A stretch of 64,000 nt of DNA from Candidatus Bathyarchaeia archaeon (lineage in GTDB: Archaea > Thermoproteota > Bathyarchaeia > Bathyarchaeales > Bathycorpusculaceae), in assembly GCA_038883775.1 (NCBI GenBank), contig JAVZLM010000004.1:1-64000 (forward strand). Direction: 5' to 3'. Below are positions 56,457 to 64,000 of the stretch, in pieces; within the stretch, counting starts at the first letter, position 1; every line of letters starts with the position of its first letter. Made by a program: the position numbers and the translations under genes. The notes below the pieces were generated by a model. The model ran no database searches. It was not told where the DNA came from and worked only from the letters and a program-made list of their open reading frames with translations.

Positions 56457-58805
56457 TCAAAGGAAAAATCCGCCAAAAACCGCTTGACCAAAAGACACGC
56501 CTCCATCACCAGGCGGAACAGCCTTATGAACCACAAAACGTAAGCCAGCCCCTTCCACAATTTTTCGCATAACCAAAGACATAATTTGATTACAAGCAAC
56601 TCCACCAGAAAAACCAATGGTCTTAATGCCATTTTCTAAAGCTTTTTCTATGGCTAATGCAGCCAAGCCTTTAGCTAAATATGCATGGGCTGAATAGGTC
56701 AAATCCGCCTTAGATTGCTTTTCTCTGTTCAAGAATATTTCGTATAACATTTGCGTGGTATCCAACACTTCACCTTTTATTACTGGTTGCATTTTCAGCG
56801 CATCATTACCTTTTATGGCGGCGGATTCAAGCTTCATGGCTGGTTCACCCTCATAAGTGCGTTCATAACATATTCCCAAAACCGCCGCCACAGCATCCAA
56901 AACTCTTCCACAACTCGTCGTTTCAATAATATTACGGCTTTTTTTAAGCTGTTGGAGAATTAATTGAATTTCACTTTCTCCGTGTGGAAAGTGCTGCTTG
57001 TTTTGCCAAAGCCAATTTTCCACATTCACGATCTTGTGAAGTATTCCAACCGCCATTCTAAGCGGATAACGGGTTGCCAAATCTCCACCAAGTAAAGGCT
57101 GCCTTTGAAGGTGAGCAACTCTTTTGAAAATTGCGCTTTCTCTCGTGCCGAGTATTATTTCGCCACCCCATGCTTCGCCGTCAATGCCGTATCCATATCC
57201 GTCGCAGCATATGCCAACAATTTCGTTTAGGTTATGTTCAGCCATCAAAGCTGCAACATGCGCATAATGATGTTGAACTTGGATTAGTTGCCAGCCATTT
57301 TCTTGAGCTAATTCTTGGGCTAGTTTTGTTGTTGTGAATTTTGGATGCAAATCGCATGCTACGGCTTCTACTTTGCTGTTCGTTAAGCGAATTAGGTGGC
57401 GGGTAGCGTTTTCCAAAAAATCCCTTGTTTCAACATTTTCCACATCGCCAATATGCTGAGAAATGAACGCCTTATTATCAAGCAAAACACAAGCAGTATT
57501 ATTCAATTCCCCGCCCAAACCAACAACACAACGCTTCGCCCTTTCTTTAAGAATTATGGGTGCTGGAGCATAACCACGAGAACGCCTAATAAAAACTAAA
57601 CTTTTACCGTGCATGCGCACAACAGAGTCGTCACATCGGTGGGCTATTTGGCGATTGTGAAAAAGAAAATAATCAACGGTATCGCCCAACCTTTGCAAGG
57701 CTTCATCATTATCCTTTATTATTGGCTGGTTAGGCGGATTAGCGCTTGTCATGACAAAAGCTGGCTCATACACCCCATCAAAGAGCATGTAATGCAAGCC
57801 CGTGTATGGCAACATAACGCCAACATTATGCAAACCTGGAGCAATCAAATCTGAAAGATAATAATTCTCATTTTTGTTGAGCAAAACAATTGGGCGAGTA
57901 TAAGAAGTTAAAAGTTTTTCTTCATTTTCGCTTACTTCTGCAAAAGTTTTAATGGCTTCCAAACTTTTCGCCATAATGGCAAAGGGCTTCTGGCTTCTAT
58001 GCTTAACCCTTCTAAGCCTAATAAGAGGCGCATCCTTCAATGTGGAGGTTGCAACATGAAAACCGCCATACCCTTTTATGGCAACTATAAAACCTTCTGA
58101 AAGAAGCTTACCAGCCTCTCTAATCGGGTCTTTACACTTTAAGAGTTGACCATCATTGTTTGTAAGATATGCTTTTGGTCCACACTTCGAACACGCAACA
58201 GTTTGAGCATGAAAGCGCCTATTCAACGGATTCGTATATTCGCCATGGCAAAATGGGCACATGGTGAAATCGCGCATTGTCGTGTTTTCACGGTCATAGG
58301 GCAAAGCTTCAATAATCGTGTATCTTGGACCACAATCAGTACACGTTATAAAAAAATAGTCGTGCCGCGGGTCTTTTGGGTTTTTAAGCTCTTTTAGGCA
58401 ATTGTCACAGATGGCTATGTCTGGCGGAATAACAGAACCAGAAAGCTCCATCTCTTCAGAGCTCTTGTAAATTGTGAACGTATTAAAAGTGTTTTTTCCA
58501 CCCAACTTTTTTACAAGAATTTGGTGAATTTGCGCCAGAGGAGGCTTATTTTCCTTTAAATCCTTTAAAAAATGTTTTATTTGACTTTCTTCTCCTTCCA
58601 AAAGGATTTCTACACCAGCATCACCGCGGTTTCTAACGTAACCCTTTAAACCATTTTTTATGGCAGTGCGGTAAATGAAAGGACGAAATCCAACACCTTG
58701 AACTATGCCTGTGACGTTAACTTTGACTCGCAATTGGGCATCTCTCATTTTAGGCATGTATTCTCTCATATATATGAAAATGCCTATGAAAACCGAATTA
58801 AACAT
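56457..58805 (-). CDS. hypF: Carbamoyltransferase HypF
   Basis: VQGVGFRP acylphosphatase domain, Zn fingers, HHYAH, GDGGVSFGQ; start may be downstream. Confidence 0.95.
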   Translation of the reverse strand: MFNSVFIGIFIYMREYMPKMRDAQLRVKVNVTGIVQGVGFRPFIYRTAIKNGLKGYVRNRGDAGVEILLEGEESQIKHFLKDLKENKPPLAQIHQILVKKLGGKNTFNTFTIYKSSEEMELSGSVIPPDIAICDNCLKELKNPKDPRHDYFFITCTDCGPRYTIIEALPYDRENTTMRDFTMCPFCHGEYTNPLNRRFHAQTVACSKCGPKAYLTNNDGQLLKCKDPIREAGKLLSEGFIVAIKGYGGFHVATSTLKDAPLIRLRRVKHRSQKPFAIMAKSLEAIKTFAEVSENEEKLLTSYTRPIVLLNKNENYYLSDLIAPGLHNVGVMLPYTGLHYMLFDGVYEPAFVMTSANPPNQPIIKDNDEALQRLGDTVDYFLFHNRQIAHRCDDSVVRMHGKSLVFIRRSRGYAPAPIILKERAKRCVVGLGGELNNTACVLLDNKAFISQHIGDVENVETRDFLENATRHLIRLTNSKVEAVACDLHPKFTTTKLAQELAQENGWQLIQVQHHYAHVAALMAEHNLNEIVGICCDGYGYGIDGEAWGGEIILGTRESAIFKRVAHLQRQPLLGGDLATRYPLRMAVGILHKIVNVENWLWQNKQHFPHGESEIQLILQQLKKSRNIIETTSCGRVLDAVAAVLGICYERTYEGEPAMKLESAAIKGNDALKMQPVIKGEVLDTTQMLYEIFLNREKQSKADLTYSAHAYLAKGLAALAIEKALENGIKTIGFSGGVACNQIMSLVMRKIVEGAGLRFVVHKAVPPGDGGVSFGQAVFGGFFL

Positions 58806-58838
58806 GAAAAATAGCGTTTAATAAATGGAAATGGAGAT

Positions 58839-60578
58839 TTAGGCTTTTGCTTCTGCCTTTTTGCGTTCTTCTTCTTGGAGTACCCTTTTTAGGACTTTGC
58901 CAACCAGCGTCATGGGCAGTTCTTTGCGAAATTCTACTTCCCTTATCGCTTTGTAGGGCGCCACCTTCTCATTCACGAAATCCATGATTTCCTTTTCCGT
59001 AGCTGTCATTCCTTCTTTTAAAACAACAAAAGCCTTTGGAATTTCACCCGCCACTGGGTCTGGTTTGCCTATTACTGCGCAGAGTTTTACGGCTGGATGC
59101 TCATATAAGACGTCTTCCAATTCTCTTGGGTAGACGCTGTAGCCCTTGTATTTTATTAGGTCTTTTTTGCGGTCTGTTATGTAAAAGTAGCCATCCTCAT
59201 CCATTTTACCAATATCTCCAGTGTAAAGCCAACCATCCCTCAAAACCTGCGCTGTTTCTTCAGGCATTTTCCAATAACCCTTCATAACCTGCGGTCCCTT
59301 CACAACCAACTCGCCAATCTCACTGGGTGCAAGCTCCTTCTCGCCCGTTTCAGCATCCATTATTTTCGCATCCGTATCCGGCCAAGGAATGCCTATGGAA
59401 CCCACTTTTACGGTTTTCATTGTTTTGTCCAGTGGGTTGCAGTGAGTTACTGGCGAAGATTCGGTCAAGCCATAACCTTCTACCAAGACGCCGCCAGTTA
59501 CTTCCATGAATTTCTTCTGAATTTCCGGCGGAAGCGGCGCAGAACCAGATATGCAGAAACGCACAGAAGTGCAGTCGTATTTGCCCAAATCTGGATGAGC
59601 TAAAAGCATGGCGTACATGGTTGGTGCTCCACAGAAAACTGTAACCCTATACTTTTGTATTGCTTGGAAGGTGCTTACTGCATCAAAGCGTGGGAGCAAA
59701 ACAATTCTTCCGCCTATGTAGATGGGTGCATTCATGCCCGTTGTCATGCCGTAAATGTGGAATAGGGGTAGTACTGCCAAAAAGGTTTCTTCCCCTTCCA
59801 TCACGTCCTTAAGCCAAGCCTTACACATGACAGCGTTTGAAACCAAGTTCATATGGGTTAACATGGCGCCCTTAGACGTTCCAGTGGTTCCGCCAGTATA
59901 CTGCAGCGCCACCAAATCCTCTTTGGGGTTTATCTCCACCTTCGGCGGGTTTGGCGGATACTTATCCACAAGCTCCTTAAAGAAGTAAACGTTAGGTTTA
60001 CGTTCAATTTTTTGAGATGGAATCTTCTTCAACAAAGAACCCAGAAAGGCTGTGGCTCCAGGCATATACTCTTTCAAACTTGCCACAATTACCCTTTTCA
60101 ATTTTGTTTTCTGCCAAACCTTCTCCACGATGGAATAGAGGAGGTCTAAAACAACTATTGTTTCGGCTTCGGAATCGTTAAGTTGATGCTCCACTTCCCG
60201 CTCCTTATATAGCGGGCTTATGGCTGTTGCGATAGCTCCAGTTTTTATGGCACCATAATATGCCATTATAAATTGAGGAATGTTTGGCAAGTAAATAGCC
60301 ACTTTGTCGCCCTTTTTCACGCCGAAATCTGTGAGGGCTGTTGCAAACTTGTCCGTAATCGTATCTAACTCCTTATAACTGATTTTTCTGTCAAAATAGA
60401 CTATTGCAGTTTTTTCTGGATATTTCGCCGCCGTGTCTCTAAGAAACTGGAAAAGCGGAATTTCAGGATAATCTATATGTTTAGGAACCCCTTCAGGCCA
60501 AAACTTATACCAAGGTTTTTCGAGCGCTTCCTTCCTTTCAATTTTTTCTTCTTTCACCTTTCTTCTTCTGGGACACAT
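58839..60578 (-). CDS. Long-chain acyl-CoA ligase (AMP-forming)
   Basis: YTGGTTGTSKG, EGYGLTE, TGD, DRKKD, GKVL. Confidence 0.9.
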   Translation of the reverse strand: MCPRRRKVKEEKIERKEALEKPWYKFWPEGVPKHIDYPEIPLFQFLRDTAAKYPEKTAIVYFDRKISYKELDTITDKFATALTDFGVKKGDKVAIYLPNIPQFIMAYYGAIKTGAIATAISPLYKEREVEHQLNDSEAETIVVLDLLYSIVEKVWQKTKLKRVIVASLKEYMPGATAFLGSLLKKIPSQKIERKPNVYFFKELVDKYPPNPPKVEINPKEDLVALQYTGGTTGTSKGAMLTHMNLVSNAVMCKAWLKDVMEGEETFLAVLPLFHIYGMTTGMNAPIYIGGRIVLLPRFDAVSTFQAIQKYRVTVFCGAPTMYAMLLAHPDLGKYDCTSVRFCISGSAPLPPEIQKKFMEVTGGVLVEGYGLTESSPVTHCNPLDKTMKTVKVGSIGIPWPDTDAKIMDAETGEKELAPSEIGELVVKGPQVMKGYWKMPEETAQVLRDGWLYTGDIGKMDEDGYFYITDRKKDLIKYKGYSVYPRELEDVLYEHPAVKLCAVIGKPDPVAGEIPKAFVVLKEGMTATEKEIMDFVNEKVAPYKAIREVEFRKELPMTLVGKVLKRVLQEEERKKAEAKA

Positions 60579-60643
60579 TATACAACCCTAATCTTAAATA
60601 TTAGAGGCGATGGGGTAATAATACTTTCTACAATGGGGTTGCC

Positions 60644-61447
60644 TTGAAAACTGAAACGGTTTGGATAGATTGCGGAGACTTGCGACTTTACGGCGAATTG
60701 TATATTCCAGACCATGTTCCAGCACCAGCCTTACTCATATGCCACGGCATGAACGCCCAAGGCTTTCACGCCATCAAAATTTATGAAAAATTAGCAAAAA
60801 AGGCATGCGAAAACGGTTTTGTAGTGTTGCTCTTTGATTTTAGAGGAGTTGGAAAAAGCCTTGGAAGTTTTGACTATGGCTTTGGCGAACAGAAAGACGC
60901 GAAATGCGCCATCAACTATTTAGCCTCGCGGGCAGAGGTTATTTCTGATAAAATTTTTGTTGTGGGACACAGTTTGGGCGGAGCGGTTTCACTTTATTCT
61001 GTCCAAAATGATAAGCGCATTAAAGGACTTATTTTGTGGTCCACACCAAACAACCATGACTACAATGTTAGAAAGTTCATTACTCACACAAGGGGAAAGA
61101 GCGGCTTACATTGGTTTATGCTTTTCTCTTGGATTGACAAGCTTTTTGACACTTCAAAATTGTTTAAACTGGAAGTTTTTGGAATAAAGTTACGCCCAAG
61201 ATATGTTAGGGAGAAACTCATGAAGTTAAACGAATGCGAAGCAGTAACAAAATTGAGTGCTGTTCCCTTGTTAGTTGTGATTGGTGATGCTGACGTTCTC
61301 GTGGGCGTTGAAGAAGCCCGCCAAGTGTTTGAGTTGGCAAAAGAACCAAAAACTTTCTTGATAGTTAATGGCGGCGACCACATTTATAGTGGGAAAGAAG
61401 AAGTAGTTATAACTGAAACTTTGAATTGGATAAAAAAGTGGAAATAG
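60644..61447 (+). CDS. Alpha/beta hydrolase
   Basis: CHG, FDFRGVG, GHSLGG, D..V, GDH triad. Confidence 0.88.
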   Translation: MKTETVWIDCGDLRLYGELYIPDHVPAPALLICHGMNAQGFHAIKIYEKLAKKACENGFVVLLFDFRGVGKSLGSFDYGFGEQKDAKCAINYLASRAEVISDKIFVVGHSLGGAVSLYSVQNDKRIKGLILWSTPNNHDYNVRKFITHTRGKSGLHWFMLFSWIDKLFDTSKLFKLEVFGIKLRPRYVREKLMKLNECEAVTKLSAVPLLVVIGDADVLVGVEEARQVFELAKEPKTFLIVNGGDHIYSGKEEVVITETLNWIKKWK

Positions 61448-61457
61448 AAACGCATTT

Positions 61458-61895
61458 TCAGGGCGGAACAAATTCGTATGTGGCGTAGCCTTCAGGCGAA
61501 ATTTTCGCCACAAGCTTAACCCTCATACCAACGCTGATTTGCGATAATTTGAAACCCGTCAACCAAGCCAAAACACGCACACCTTCTTTTAGCTTGCCAA
61601 TCGCCACGGTATAAGGCTTATAATGCTGAAACGTTGTGGGTCGGATAACTACATGCGTGAAAGTTTCGATTTCTGCTTCGCTGCTTAATTCGATCCAGTC
61701 CATTTCAGATGATAAGCATTCTGGGCAGTCAGCTGATGGCGGAAAGTACATTTTTCCACATTTTTTGCATTTTGTTGCGTAAACCTTCCCTTCCTTTAAG
61801 CCTTCCCAAAACTTTAATGTCTTGCTTATTGGTATATCTTGAACAATTTTTATTTCCCTAGATTTTATTGTCGGCATTCCTGACATATCCATCAT
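61458..61895 (-). CDS. DUF35 Zn-ribbon/OB-fold protein (thiolase partner)
   Basis: CKKCG..FPP..CPEC; overlaps the thiolase stop. Confidence 0.88.
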   Translation of the reverse strand: MMDMSGMPTIKSREIKIVQDIPISKTLKFWEGLKEGKVYATKCKKCGKMYFPPSADCPECLSSEMDWIELSSEAEIETFTHVVIRPTTFQHYKPYTVAIGKLKEGVRVLAWLTGFKLSQISVGMRVKLVAKISPEGYATYEFVPP

Positions 61896-63064
61896 CTCCT
61901 TAATATGGTAACGTAGCAGTAATGCCCAGTTCCACCCACGTTATGCGCTAATCCCACATAATTTTTCAGTGGAACTTGCCTTCCGCGTTCCACAGCCTCT
62001 TCACGAAGCTGTTTTGTAAGCTCGTATATCATGGAGCAACCCGTCGCGCCGATCGGGTGTCCTTTAGCCTTTAAGCCTCCGTCCATGTTCACTGGAATTT
62101 TTCCGCCAATTTCCGTCTGCCCTTCACGAATGAGTTTGGCGCCTTCGCCTTTTCTGCAGAACCCCAAATCTTCATAAGCCATTATTTCAGCTATCGTAAA
62201 ACAGTCGTGAACTTCTGCGAAGTCAACCTGTTCTGGGCTGATTCCAGCCATTTTGTAAGCCATTTTGGCTGCGTGCACGCTGGCTTCTAAACTAACATAA
62301 TCAAGTCTTTTGCTAAGGTTTGCTGTTCCAGAGGAATAGCCAATTCCCGCAACCCAAACTGGCGTATCTACGCCTAACTCTTTGACTTTCTCCTCTGAAG
62401 CAAGAACCACTGCTGCGGAACCGTCTGTCATTGGGCAGCAGTCGAAGAGTTTCAATGGCGAAGCTATAACCATGGAAGATAAGACATCATCAACCGTTAT
62501 TCTATTCTGAAGATGGGCTATGGGGTTCATAGAACCATACTTATGGTTTTTAACAGCCACCAAAGCCAAATCCTCCTCCGTAGTTCCGAACTTTGCCATA
62601 TGCGCAGTGGCATGCAGAGCATAATAGGCTGGAAAGGTTAATCCAAAATTGTGAAATTCCCATAGGTAGTATCCAGCCCTGCCAATCCACTCCATAGCCG
62701 TTGGCGTATCAATTTCCCTCATCTTCTCAACACCCAAAGCCATAGCAATTTCCGCCTGCCCACTCGCAATTGTGGAGTACGCTGCTTGGAAGGCTGCGCT
62801 ACCACTTGCACATGCCGCTTCGCATCGAACTAATCCCGCCCTTGTTAGACCACAGTATTCAGCTGCCACAACGGCTGGAAGCAGCTCCTCATACCATGCT
62901 CCAGCCCCCGTGGTTCCTAACGCTACAAATTCTACATCTTTTGTGGTTATTCCAGCGTCCTCCAAGGCAGGCTTTACAGCTTCGAAGGCTAATTCCGCAA
63001 CGTTCACGTCGCTTCTATTTCCAAACTTGGAGTTGCCAACTCCTATAACAGCTACTTTCCTCAT
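61892..63064 (-). CDS. Thiolase (archaeal/SCP2-type)
   Basis: EAACASG, EVHDCF, GHPIGATG, HNVGG. Confidence 0.92.
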   Translation of the reverse strand: MRKVAVIGVGNSKFGNRSDVNVAELAFEAVKPALEDAGITTKDVEFVALGTTGAGAWYEELLPAVVAAEYCGLTRAGLVRCEAACASGSAAFQAAYSTIASGQAEIAMALGVEKMREIDTPTAMEWIGRAGYYLWEFHNFGLTFPAYYALHATAHMAKFGTTEEDLALVAVKNHKYGSMNPIAHLQNRITVDDVLSSMVIASPLKLFDCCPMTDGSAAVVLASEEKVKELGVDTPVWVAGIGYSSGTANLSKRLDYVSLEASVHAAKMAYKMAGISPEQVDFAEVHDCFTIAEIMAYEDLGFCRKGEGAKLIREGQTEIGGKIPVNMDGGLKAKGHPIGATGCSMIYELTKQLREEAVERGRQVPLKNYVGLAHNVGGTGHYCYVTILRR

Positions 63065-63129
63065 CCCAATCCCTTTTTGATTTATTATTAATATAGTATA
63101 GAAAAGAGGGAAATATTAGAAAAGCGTGG

Positions 63130-63933
63130 TTATTTGCCTTTAAACTCGGCTTTTCTCCTCGACATAAAGGCTTCTACGCCCTCTTTCAAATCTTCTGTGG
63201 AAAATGTTAGTCCCATCAGCCCAGCCTCAAGTCTTAATCCAACTTCTAATGGCACCTGTGTTCCAAAGTTTAGGGCATGCTTTGCATATTTCATGGCTAT
63301 GGGCGGGCCTTCTGCAAGTTTTGTTGCCAAGGTGCGGGCTTCTTCTCGCAATTTTTCGTAATGCACAACTTTATGCACAAGTCCTATTTTTAAGGCTTCT
63401 TCCGCTTTCATTCTGCCGCCGAGCATAACCATCTCTTTCGCCTTCGCCAAGCCTACAATTCGCACAAGCCTCTGGGTTCCACCCCATCCTGGAATCAAAC
63501 CTAAGCCTATTTCTGGGCTTCCAAGCTCGGCGTGTTCGGCTGCTATCCTAAAGTCGCATGCTAAGGCTAGTTCTAAGCCTCCTCCTAGGGCGAAGCCATT
63601 TATTGCAGCTATTACTGGTTTTGACATTTCCTCTATTTTGCCGAAAACTTTCTGTCCAGCCCTCGAAAATTCCTCCGCCTTTGTTGGAGTAGCCTTTGGA
63701 AACATTGTCACGTCTGCCCCTGCACTGAAGGATCTGTCTCCTTCACCTGTTATTATTAAGCATCTTATGGAGGGATCTTTTTCAGCCGTGTCTAATGCGT
63801 CAGCAAGCTCTTCCATTAAGACGTCATTGAAGGCGTTTAACCTATGGGGCCTGTTTAGTATTATCCACAAGAGATTTTGTTCCCTTTCAATTTTTATTGT
63901 TTCGTAGGCTTTACTCAAATTTTCACCACACAA
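63130..63933 (-). CDS. Enoyl-CoA hydratase/crotonase
   Basis: LNRP..LNA, FSAGAD, GGGLELALACD, PEIGLGLIPGWGGTQRL. Confidence 0.92.
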   Translation of the reverse strand: MCGENLSKAYETIKIEREQNLLWIILNRPHRLNAFNDVLMEELADALDTAEKDPSIRCLIITGEGDRSFSAGADVTMFPKATPTKAEEFSRAGQKVFGKIEEMSKPVIAAINGFALGGGLELALACDFRIAAEHAELGSPEIGLGLIPGWGGTQRLVRIVGLAKAKEMVMLGGRMKAEEALKIGLVHKVVHYEKLREEARTLATKLAEGPPIAMKYAKHALNFGTQVPLEVGLRLEAGLMGLTFSTEDLKEGVEAFMSRRKAEFKGK

Positions 63934-64000
63934 TCACTTTTGTAACCGTTACATATATTATTTTTAATTCACTTTCCTAGTACTTTCTCAATAGATATTT

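Overview
Archaeal chromosome segment, most consistent with Bathyarchaeia/TACK (TFB, aIF1/SUI1, archaeal RtcB, A1-U72 tRNA-Gln, DUF373, dockerin/CARDB/PKD secreted proteins); this assignment is inferred from gene content. The backbone is housekeeping and metabolic: peptidases, Thg1, MTAP, UppS, 2-oxoacid dehydrogenase E1a/E1b/E2, PncB, hyp genes, and acyl-CoA ligase/thiolase/crotonase. Three accessory regions stand out. (1) 1..~1116 is the right end of a tRNA-targeting integrated element, with a tRNA 3' fragment read through by a short ORF that looks like the N-terminal piece of a split integrase. (2) An ~11.9 kb element, bounded by both att repeats, sits in the last codons of rtcB (22-bp perfect direct repeats at 31480..31501 and 43377..43398). 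It carries a tyrosine integrase, an MCM-like ATPase with a symmetric origin-like palindrome inside its 5' end, an SSB-like gene, an unannotated RHH gene facing a wHTH gene across three 25-bp-phased palindromic sites, and secreted dockerin/propeller/clan-CD-peptidase-like cargo. No capsid, primase or conjugation genes are recognisable. (3) An oligopeptide ABC transporter plus two amidohydrolases lie beside tRNA-Gly and lack the GATC avoidance seen in the backbone. All product calls come from motif recognition by eye; no searches were run.
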